Below the pieces are notes generated by a model. It did no database searches and had not been told where the DNA came from. It worked only from the letters and a program-made list of their open reading frames with translations. Position numbers and translations under genes: made by a program. A DNA stretch of 32,000 bases from Acaryochloris thomasi RCC1774 (GTDB lineage: Bacteria > Cyanobacteriota > Cyanobacteriia > Thermosynechococcales > Thermosynechococcaceae): the NCBI RefSeq assembly GCF_003231495.1, contig NZ_PQWO01000006.1, positions 240,001 through 272,000 of the forward strand, written 5' to 3'. Of this stretch, positions 1-7,782 are shown in pieces (position 1 is the stretch's first letter; each line of letters opens with the position of its first letter).

Positions 1-231
1 TTTCGCCTTTTTGAGACCCGCTGCCGAGAGATCAACCGATAAGACTCGGAGTCCTTGCTGGGCCAGCCAGACTCCATTACGTCCCTCTCCATCTCCGACG
101 GCAAGAGCGTTCATTCCTGATTTGAGACGGTGTTGCTGGTGAGTCAGAAATTGATTGGGGGCCGTTCCGTAAATGTAGTTAGAGTCGCCATAGCGATCAT
201 TCCAAAACTTAGAGGTATGACTGGTAAACAT
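1..231 (-). CDS. class I SAM-dependent methyltransferase, N-terminal 77 codons only (gene continues past the left edge)
   Basis: Not in the ORF track because it is open at the edge. My translation of the minus strand from the ATG at 231..229 gives MFTSHTSKFWNDRYGDSNYIYGTAPNQFLTHQQHRLKSGMNALAVGDGEGRNGVWLAQQGLRVLSVDLSAAGLKKAK. The LAVGDGEGRN..WLAQQG stretch resembles SAM-binding motif I of TehB-like methyltransferases. Confidence 0.7.
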   Translation of the reverse strand, partial: MFTSHTSKFWNDRYGDSNYIYGTAPNQFLTHQQHRLKSGMNALAVGDGEGRNGVWLAQQGLRVLSVDLSAAGLKKAK

Positions 232-263
232 TTTGTTGGTGGCTCAATGCGATATCAACGTTG

Positions 264-962
264 TTAAAACTTCTCAACCCACGGTCGCAGCTCAACCTCC
301 CAAGTCCAGGCGCTTCTCGGCTGCTGTAAGAGGTGCAGATAGGTGGTTGCGATCGCATCTGGGTCCAAAAAAGCGTCTGGTTGACCGGCTGACTGCGACA
401 CCCCTGGGTTACCAATGGCACCATCAATAACAAAGTGACCCACATGGATATTCTGCGGTGCCAGCTCACGAGCCATGCTTTGGGCTAAACCCCGGAGCGC
501 AAACTTACCCATCGCAAAGGGAGCCGAACGTGGATATCCTTTGATGCTAGCTGATGCCCCAGTAAATAATACGGCACCAGGACCTAGCTTCAGCATTCGT
601 TTGACGGCCTGCTGAGCAACCAAGAACCCACCGTAGGCGGTAACCGCTAGCGCCTGCTCAACGGCTGCTGGATCGAGATCAATCAAAGGTCCTTGGGATC
701 GAGCGCTGGGATTGTAGACCACAACATCAGGTGTTCCGAGTTGCACCTCGACGGACTCAAACAGGCTAGTGACAGAGGCGGGTTGAGCGGCATCGCAGCT
801 AAATGTCTGGGCCTTCACTTCATTGGATAAAGCGCTGAGCTTATCAGTATTGCGGGCCGCCAGCCCAATCGATAGTCCGGCTTGGTGAAAAGTACGAGCC
901 AGAGATGCACTGAGGCCATCACCGGCACCGACAATCAGAGCTGTTTTGTAGGGGATAGACAT
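264..962 (-). CDS. SDR family oxidoreductase (FxxxK variant subfamily)
   Basis: 232-aa ORF with ATG at 962. It has an N-terminal Rossmann motif IVGAGDGLSASLA and the stretch FAMGKFALRGLAQSMARELAPQNIHVGHFVIDG, which aligns to the SDR YxxxK..IRVN..PG region with Phe at the Tyr position. Confidence 0.88.
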   Translation of the reverse strand: MSIPYKTALIVGAGDGLSASLARTFHQAGLSIGLAARNTDKLSALSNEVKAQTFSCDAAQPASVTSLFESVEVQLGTPDVVVYNPSARSQGPLIDLDPAAVEQALAVTAYGGFLVAQQAVKRMLKLGPGAVLFTGASASIKGYPRSAPFAMGKFALRGLAQSMARELAPQNIHVGHFVIDGAIGNPGVSQSAGQPDAFLDPDAIATTYLHLLQQPRSAWTWEVELRPWVEKF

Positions 963-1005
963 GCTTTTTTGAAAGATAGAGAACTTACGAATGCCTGAGA
1001 TTGGA

Positions 1006-1746
1006 CTACGCGGTCAGCCCCCCATCAATGTTGAGAGCCGCGCCCGTAATGTATGCAGCACGCGGACTGGCCAGGAAAGTGGCTAGCTCGGCAATATCTT
1101 TGGGTTTACCATAGTGTCCCAGTGCCGTCATTGCGTTGAGTGACTCTGCAAAATCGCCATCGGCAGGATTCATATCAGTATCGATTGGTCCGGGCTGAAT
1201 GGTATTCACCGTAATGCCTTTAGGGCCTAAGTCCCGCGCCCAGCCTTGAGACATTGCGGCTACAGCTCCCTTACTCATGGCATAGAGGGAGCCACCGGCA
1301 AAGGGCATCACGTCTCCATTGACGCTGCCAATATTGATAATTCGTCCCCCGCTCCCCATCTGCTTTACGGCCTCGTTGACTGCCGCGAATACCGCGCGAA
1401 CGTTGACGGCCACCATGCGGTCGAAGTCCTCTAAGGTTGTCTCTCCAACGGGCTTCATTTCAAAGATGCCAGCGTTGTTGACCAAGATATCTAAACCGCC
1501 CAATGTGCTGACGGTTTCATTGACGGCGGCGATGACGCTTTCTGATTGAGCCGCATCCACCTGAATGGCTGTGCCCCGACGGCCAGCTCGTTGGATCTGG
1601 ACGACCGTTTCTTCTGCCGCAGCAGAGGAATGGTGGTATGTAATCGCAACATCAGCCCCCGCCACTGCGAGGTGGGTTGCGATCGCAGCTCCAATCCCGC
1701 GACTCCCTCCGGTAACCAAAGCTTTCTTCCCGTTCAGTTCAGTCAT
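1006..1746 (-). CDS. SDR family oxidoreductase, FabG-like
   Basis: Contains TGGSRGIGAAIA (TGxxxGIG), VNNAGI and YAMSKGAV (YxxxK). I place the start at the internal ATG 1746 (MTELNGKKALVTGG) because AAAGGAG lies 6-7 nt upstream; the track ORF extends to 1782. Confidence 0.9.
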   Translation of the reverse strand: MTELNGKKALVTGGSRGIGAAIATHLAVAGADVAITYHHSSAAAEETVVQIQRAGRRGTAIQVDAAQSESVIAAVNETVSTLGGLDILVNNAGIFEMKPVGETTLEDFDRMVAVNVRAVFAAVNEAVKQMGSGGRIINIGSVNGDVMPFAGGSLYAMSKGAVAAMSQGWARDLGPKGITVNTIQPGPIDTDMNPADGDFAESLNAMTALGHYGKPKDIAELATFLASPRAAYITGAALNIDGGLTA

Positions 1747-1823
1747 GAATGGACTCCTTTTGTAGTTGAGGAAAGGGTTCAAATGCAGTTGAAGATGCTT
1801 GAGAAGAGTTTCATACTGTTTGA

Positions 1824-1840
1824 TACAAAACTATTGTGTA
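1824..1840. promoter_or_regulatory. candidate TetR operator (imperfect dyad TACAAAACTATTGTGTA) in the divergent SDR/TetR intergenic region
   Basis: 6 of 8 arm positions pair around a central T. It lies between the SDR start (1746, minus) and the tetR GTG start (1874, plus). Confidence 0.3.
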
Positions 1841-1873
1841 CCCTACAGTAAAAAAGTCAAGTTCTAATTTACC

Positions 1874-2467
1874 GTGAGCAAAACAGGCAGACCACGAGAA
1901 TTCAGTGTTGATGCAGCTTTAGATAAGGCTGTGGAAGTTTTCTATGTCAAGGGATACGAGGCAGCCACTCTCGACGACTTGACGGCGGCAATGGGTATCC
2001 AGAGACCTAGCCTGTATTCAGCGTTTGGTAACAAAGAGACGCTTTTTTTACGTGCAATTGAGCGGTATAGGGAAAGCTATGTTCGTAGTGCTCAAGCAAC
2101 GCTGAGTGAAGAGGCGAATGGTAAAAAGGCAATGGAGCGGTTTCTGGCTCAAACTGCGGAATGTCATATCAAGTCCAACGGACTAGGCTGCCTGATCGTC
2201 AATAGTTCTGTGGATTGTCAAGTGCTGCAGGCTTCGATTTGCGATCGCATCCGGCAGATCCATACTCAAAACGAAGAGATGATTTATCGGCGATTAGAGC
2301 GGGCAGTGGCCGATGGTGATCTGACCCGCAAAACGGATATTCGTGGGTTAGCCCAGTTTTATAACGGAGTTATTCAGGGCATGGCTGTCCTAGCCAGGGG
2401 GCAAAATAGCTTAGATGCTGTGCGTAGCATGGCAGTGTTTGCGATGAAGGCTTGGCCCGACAGCTAG
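1874..2467 (+). CDS. TetR/AcrR family transcriptional regulator
   Basis: 197-aa ORF with a GTG start. N-terminal HTH TLDDLTAAMGIQRPSLYSAFGNKETLF. Divergent from the two SDR genes. Confidence 0.9.
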   Translation: MSKTGRPREFSVDAALDKAVEVFYVKGYEAATLDDLTAAMGIQRPSLYSAFGNKETLFLRAIERYRESYVRSAQATLSEEANGKKAMERFLAQTAECHIKSNGLGCLIVNSSVDCQVLQASICDRIRQIHTQNEEMIYRRLERAVADGDLTRKTDIRGLAQFYNGVIQGMAVLARGQNSLDAVRSMAVFAMKAWPDS

Positions 2468-2577
2468 CTCGGGAAATCACGCGACCAGTATGACGGTGCT
2501 TCTTGGGCAAGATTGTTGATTATCACTTAAGGAGAACGCTTAAATCCCGATGACAAATGTCAGGCTATTAGAAGCAT

Positions 2578-2805
2578 TCAGCCTAGCAAGTTGATAAAAT
2601 TCTCTCGACTAAGCTCAGCATCTCGGAGTATTTTCCGCAGTAAACCTTTTCCAAGATCCTGCCCAGAATGTACAGGTATTGTAACAACCCGACCATTAGG
2701 GTGCTTCATCCTCACATGGCTCCCACGCTGTCGCACAATTTCAAAGTCAATCTTCTTCAATACTAAAATTAATTTTTCTGCTGTAACGGTTGGCAGTTTT
2801 GGCAT
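2578..2805 (-). CDS. hicA: HicA-family mRNA interferase toxin
   Basis: 75 aa containing LKKIDFEIVRQRGSHVRMKHPNGRVVTIPVHSGQDLGKGLLRKILRD, the typical HicA/YcfA pattern (GSH..., PxH). Its ATG overlaps the hicB stop by 1 nt (TAATG at 2803-2807). Confidence 0.88.
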   Translation of the reverse strand: MPKLPTVTAEKLILVLKKIDFEIVRQRGSHVRMKHPNGRVVTIPVHSGQDLGKGLLRKILRDAELSRENFINLLG

Positions 2806-3017
2806 TAAATCGTTACTTTCTGAACGCCAACAAACTGAGAGCTTTCGTCAAGTTCTTCCTCCTCTAAACACATCTCAATGACCTCTTTGATATTCTCCAC
2901 GAGTTCATCAAGCGTTTTACCTTGGCTATAGCAAGCTTTTAGTTGAGGAATTTCACCAACAAATACTCCATCTTCATCCTGTTCCACCATCATGTAAAAC
3001 TCGCGCTTAATGGCCAT
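2805..3017 (-). CDS. hicB: HicB-like antitoxin (UPF0150 fold, no appended DNA-binding domain)
   Basis: 70 aa reading YMMVEQDEDGVFVGEIPQLKACYSQGKTLDELVENIKEVIEMCLEE, the typical HicB N-terminal domain. It is translationally coupled to hicA. The local sequence is visibly AT-rich and has no HIP1. Confidence 0.82.
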   Translation of the reverse strand: MAIKREFYMMVEQDEDGVFVGEIPQLKACYSQGKTLDELVENIKEVIEMCLEEEELDESSQFVGVQKVTI

Positions 3018-3142
3018 AGTTATTTCTGGATTTGTACTGTAGCTAGATCTTATCTCACTGATCTTTTTATAGCTTTGCTATATCCCCTTTTGGGTTTACA
3101 AACTGTCGGCTACCGGGGAGTGTTGTTTGCTCAAAAGTAGAC

Positions 3143-4120
<978 letters not shown>

Positions 4121-4123
4121 GTT

Positions 4124-4654
4124 TTATCCTCCAGTTTGTAGGTTTATCTTTCTCTCAGCAAAAACCTGTTTCGTCACAGCCATGCCGTTGAGCGCAGACG
4201 GAAAGCCTGCGTAGACAGCCATCTGCATCACCACTTCCACAATCTCTTCAGCCGTACAGCCCACATTCAATGCGGCATGAATATGTACTTTGAGCTGGGG
4301 CTGAGCGTTGCCCAACGCTGTTAAAGCTGCGACGGTGGCAATCTCTCTCGACTTCAGATCTAATCCAGGGCGATCGTAAATATCTCCAAATGGGAACTCA
4401 ATGACGTAGCGTGCTAAATCAGGCGCAATATCCTGAAGGCTCTCAATGACGTTTTCACCGGCCTCGCCGTCAATTTTTTTCAGATTTTGCCAGCCTCGGC
4501 GATAACGCTCAGAGGCTCGAGTATCGAGACTTTTCTTTTGCTCAGCGGGCATAGTTTTTTTAGTTCCTGTGGCTTTGCGATGAACAGTTGTTATTAGGCC
4601 AGCAACAGCCACTACTCCTGCTGTGACGAAACGTCTGCGGCTGAACTCAAGCAC
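4124..4654 (-). CDS. carboxymuconolactone decarboxylase (CMD/AhpD-like) family protein with a twin-arginine signal
   Basis: GTG start with AAGGAA 9 nt upstream. The N-terminus FSRRRFVTAGVVAVAGL matches a Tat motif plus h-region. The C-terminal half KSREIATVAALTALGNAQPQLKVHIHAALNVGCTAEEIVEVVMQMAVYAGFPSALN is typical of CMD. Confidence 0.85.
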   Translation of the reverse strand: MLEFSRRRFVTAGVVAVAGLITTVHRKATGTKKTMPAEQKKSLDTRASERYRRGWQNLKKIDGEAGENVIESLQDIAPDLARYVIEFPFGDIYDRPGLDLKSREIATVAALTALGNAQPQLKVHIHAALNVGCTAEEIVEVVMQMAVYAGFPSALNGMAVTKQVFAERKINLQTGG

Positions 4655-4668
4655 GGGTATTGTTCCTT

Positions 4669-4699
4669 ATCAAGCCGCTCACAATAGCGCCAGCTTGAT
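4669..4699 (-). other. intra-operon inverted repeat ATCAAGC-N17-GCTTGAT between merR and the CMD gene
   Basis: 7-bp perfect arms (4669-4675 and 4693-4699) with no U-tract. It could be a processing or attenuation hairpin; function is unknown. Confidence 0.3.
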
Positions 4700-4727
4700 G
4701 ACTAATTTTGTGGGTTGATGCTGGCCT

Positions 4728-5141
4728 TCAGGCTTCTGTCTGCGAATGATCTGGCGAAGGGAAGGTGTCTGCAAGCTTTTGTTCGATATCTTTGTAGTGT
4801 TGAATTTTCCAGTCAATCACGGCTAGGTTTTCCTGCAGCTTTTGTAGGGTATCTATTACCGTTTGTCGATGATCCTCCAGCAAGGCGCGACGCTCTTGTA
4901 CGGCATCAGGCTGCTGCCGCAGCAACATCGCATACTGTTGGATTTGGCGAATGGGCATTCCTGTCATCCGCAACTTAGTGAGGAACTCAATCCAGCGAAT
5001 ATCCTGTGCGGAGTAACGCCTGTGACCATTTTGATCTCGATGGATAGGTGCGATCAGATCACAGCGCTCGTAGTAGCGCAAGGTATGAGAGCTTAGCCCC
5101 GTGGCTGAAGCAACTTGCTGAATGCTGAGTGCCTGCTCCAT
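4728..5141 (-). CDS. MerR family transcriptional regulator
   Basis: HTH SIQQVASATGLSSHTLRYYERCDLI followed by a coiled-coil dimerisation helix. The track ORF starts at 5147, but the -10 element of the MerR-type promoter ends at 5148. The in-frame ATG at 5141 (MEQALSIQQ...) is therefore the likelier start, probably leaderless. Confidence 0.88.
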   Translation of the reverse strand: MEQALSIQQVASATGLSSHTLRYYERCDLIAPIHRDQNGHRRYSAQDIRWIEFLTKLRMTGMPIRQIQQYAMLLRQQPDAVQERRALLEDHRQTVIDTLQKLQENLAVIDWKIQHYKDIEQKLADTFPSPDHSQTEA

Positions 5142-5147
5142 GCACAT

Positions 5148-5178
5148 ACCTTAAAAGTTAGAGTGCACTCTAAGTCAA
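5148..5178 (-). promoter_or_regulatory. MerR-type promoter: TTGACT, 19-bp spacer, TAAGGT, with a perfect 16-bp dyad TTAGAGTGCACTCTAA in the spacer
   Basis: The minus strand reads TTGACT TAGAGTGCACTCTAACTTT TAAGGT ATGTGCATGG. The 19-nt spacer and centred palindrome (5158-5173) are the hallmark of MerR-family activated promoters. Confidence 0.7.
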
Positions 5179-5558
5179 GCAGTTTTTTGCACCCAATTAA
5201 AATCCACTGTGATGATGCTCACTTTTGTAGCACCTTAAAGGTGAAGTCGTTCCCTCAGAGCCAGCCACAACATATCGAGTTTCTCTAGCTCTGCTCTGAA
5301 AAGCTACAGCTTTGCTGCCTACAATATCTTTCTGACTCGGTTGATGTTGTCATGCTGTGCAATTGTTGCGCTCTCAAGTCCATGCTCTTGCGCTGCCGTC
5401 ATCGCTGATCGCCGAGCCTCTACGACTGCCTCCCAGGCTTCTGCTAAGGAATGACAAATATTCGATTCCGATGGAAAATGCGCCTGTATCCGCCATAGGT
5501 CAACGCCTACTTAGATGGGCCGTTTTCCCTGTGCTGGCGATTGAAGTCTTGAGAACAC

Positions 5559-6899
5559 CTAAATAAGTGCAGCAATCACTTCTGCGCTAGCCCTTTCCGC
5601 AGACTGAAGCGCACCTTCCATGTAGCTGCGCCACTCTGTTGCAGTTTCTGTACCTGCTACGTGAATCGGTGAGCTGAAATCGGTCAGCAAGCTTCTGTGT
5701 TTTGTCCAGCCACCAATCGGCCTGCGTGAGGCGAAGCCGCCACGGGAATGGGTTTCTGCAGTCCAGTTTTTTGACTGAAAGTAGATGTGTTCAGTCGGCG
5801 ACTTTCCCAGCACTTTTTGAATATGAGCGAGAACCACTGCCTCGCGAGTCTCACTGTCCATCTCATTCATCTTGATAGCGTTAGGGCCGCTAGAAAAAGC
5901 GACTAGAATGCCTGTACGCTTCCCTTCAATAGATGAGTCTGCGAGAAAGTCGATAGGTTCGGATGGCGTATCTGCGATGCCGCTGAGTCCAGATGAGCGC
6001 CACCAGGCTGTCTCGTATACGACGACGTGTTTGATAACTTTGCCGAGTACCCAATTCCGATTCTCTTGTTTCGGAAATTTTGTGAGTGTCTGGTCAAACG
6101 ATATTTTCGAGATCAGCTGAGGAGGAAGTGCCAAGATAATGCGCTTTCCATAGAAGTCACCTGCATCTGTTGTAGCTTTGACGGCCCGCTCAGTCTGTTG
6201 GAGCGATCTGACGCCCGAACTCAAACTGATGCAGTCTCCTAGTTCTTCGGCGAGTCGCCTGCTAATCGTCTGAGTGCCTTGTTCCAGAATATGAGTATCC
6301 GCCTGCTCCAGTGCATTCAGTCCGCCAATGGACGCAATCTGATGAAGCACCTCCAATGGTGAAAAGCTGCTGGGATCGGCACACATTCCTGATGTAACGA
6401 TGTGATGCCAATAGTCGTAGCCTTCACTTGTAATCGTTTGCTGCTTCAGCCAATCCGTGAATGAAATGTGGTCTAACTTACTCGCTTGCGGATGCTGCCA
6501 AGGCATGTCGATATCAATTTGCCTGACTAAACGCTCCATTTGCCAGCTTAACTGCCAGACATCAAACAACCCAAACCAAGAGAGCGGCGGCGTTCTTCCA
6601 GATACCCGACGGAGCTGTCCGCCCACTTGGACAATCGCTTTACCCTGAGTATTCGTCTCAAGTCTGTCTAACCCAAACTCTTCTGTTAAAGCCCAAATGC
6701 GCTTTTGAAGAGGGCTGATCCATTGTGCTCCAAGATCAACCGTTTCCCCGTTAGACAACTGCTCGCTGAGTGCTCTGCCGCCGATACGATTACGCGCTTC
6801 AAGCACCCCAACAGAGAGTCCGGCTTGTTTCAGCAGTCTAGCTGCGTACAATCCAGAAAGCCCTGCCCCTACGATTAAAACGTCCTTTGTGATTGCCAT
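5559..6899 (-). CDS. flavin-containing amine oxidase (FAD-dependent)
   Basis: 446 aa with an N-terminal dinucleotide fold VLIVGAGLSGLYAARLLKQAGLSVGVLEARNRIGGR and a C-terminal GTETATEW..GYMEGA-like motif (HVAGTETATEWRSYMEGALQSA). Confidence 0.9.
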   Translation of the reverse strand: MAITKDVLIVGAGLSGLYAARLLKQAGLSVGVLEARNRIGGRALSEQLSNGETVDLGAQWISPLQKRIWALTEEFGLDRLETNTQGKAIVQVGGQLRRVSGRTPPLSWFGLFDVWQLSWQMERLVRQIDIDMPWQHPQASKLDHISFTDWLKQQTITSEGYDYWHHIVTSGMCADPSSFSPLEVLHQIASIGGLNALEQADTHILEQGTQTISRRLAEELGDCISLSSGVRSLQQTERAVKATTDAGDFYGKRIILALPPQLISKISFDQTLTKFPKQENRNWVLGKVIKHVVVYETAWWRSSGLSGIADTPSEPIDFLADSSIEGKRTGILVAFSSGPNAIKMNEMDSETREAVVLAHIQKVLGKSPTEHIYFQSKNWTAETHSRGGFASRRPIGGWTKHRSLLTDFSSPIHVAGTETATEWRSYMEGALQSAERASAEVIAALI

Positions 6900-7051
6900 T
6901 GTTTAACGACCGTTTAAGAACTCAAAATTCATGGTTTGAGGAGCACAAAATATATGCATACAGACTGCTAGCTATTTCTGGTCACTGCTCCATTGCACCC
7001 AATTAAATGAAATGGAATTTATTCAAAAAACATCGAAAATGAGGTGTTCAG

Positions 7052-7765
7052 CTAAACTGCCGCAGAACGTGCTTCGTCGACCTTGAGCGTGGTACCTGTG
7101 ACAAATTTGGCATCGTCTGAGAGCAAGAAAGCAACGGTCTTCGCTAGCTCTGCGTGAGTCGCTGGGCGTCCCCACATGAGGTCATCGGGTACATCCCAAC
7201 CCTCTAGCTCTTCCATGCCGTCAGCGACAAAAAAAGGCGCAACAGAGTTCATTCGGATGCGATCTCTGCGGTATCGCTTGGCGTATAGCTTAGTGAACCC
7301 TTCCATTGCCGCCCGCAGCGTACCGCTGAAGGGCGTCCCTAGATCAGGCTCTTGCGAATCGCAGGCCGAGATGTTGACGATTGCTCCACCCCCCTGACGA
7401 CGCATGGGTTCGGTGACAAACCTTGACAGGCGAACCACGCTCAGAAAGAGCAGATCGAAGTTCTCAGTCCATACCTCATCTGATATATCGAGCAGGTCCA
7501 GACGCGGTGGATCGCCAAAGCTGTTAACAACTGCATCAATTCGACCGAAGCGATCAAGCGTAGTTTGCGCTAAGGTTGCCAAGTCGTCGGACTTTGTCAT
7601 CGACCCCTGTATGGCGATTCCGTCTAATTCTTGCGCTAGCGTTAGCACTTGCTTGCTTCGTGCCAGTAGTGAGACTTTGTAGCCTCGCGTCGCTAGCTCT
7701 CTAGCGCAGCCAGCGCCGATACCACGGCTGGCAGCCGTAACAATTGCGACCTTTGTTTTATCCAT
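7052..7765 (-). CDS. SDR-fold protein with a non-canonical active-site region
   Basis: Rossmann motif VTAASRGIGAGCA. NSFG replaces NNAG, and PFSGTLRAAMEGFTKLYAKRYRRDRIRMNSVAPF aligns to the YxxxK..IRVN..PG region without Tyr or Lys. Confidence 0.8.
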   Translation of the reverse strand: MDKTKVAIVTAASRGIGAGCARELATRGYKVSLLARSKQVLTLAQELDGIAIQGSMTKSDDLATLAQTTLDRFGRIDAVVNSFGDPPRLDLLDISDEVWTENFDLLFLSVVRLSRFVTEPMRRQGGGAIVNISACDSQEPDLGTPFSGTLRAAMEGFTKLYAKRYRRDRIRMNSVAPFFVADGMEELEGWDVPDDLMWGRPATHAELAKTVAFLLSDDAKFVTGTTLKVDEARSAAV

Positions 7766-7782
7766 TTACATCACTCCAAGAT

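Noticed and set aside
1770-1790. GGGTTCAAATGC resembling a tRNA T-arm/T-loop
   Set aside because: There is no complementary acceptor stem, D-arm or anticodon arm in the flanks. It also lies in the SDR/TetR promoter region. I found no tRNA, rRNA or tmRNA signatures anywhere in the window.
1246-1851. Several 60-100-aa plus-strand ORFs (1246-1434, 1319-1549, 1546-1851, 1565-1765) and a nested minus-strand ORF (1491-1694) inside the SDR gene
   Set aside because: They lie antisense to, or out of frame within, a gene with unambiguous SDR motifs. Their products are low-complexity and Arg/Pro/Ser-rich, typical of shadow ORFs in GC-moderate DNA. The same reasoning applies to nested ORFs inside the Rieske-like gene, katG (for example 25909-26294 and 26208-26681), the ADH gene and others.
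5180-5566. Possible gene in the 410-bp gap between merR and the amine oxidase (69-aa plus-strand ORF 5357-5566; a 27-codon minus-strand ORF MTAAQEHGLESATIAQHDNINRVRKIL)
   Set aside because: Neither has an RBS, a recognisable motif or a convincing start. The plus-strand ORF overlaps the amine oxidase 3' end. I leave the region as non-coding or unknown; a small RNA cannot be excluded from sequence alone.
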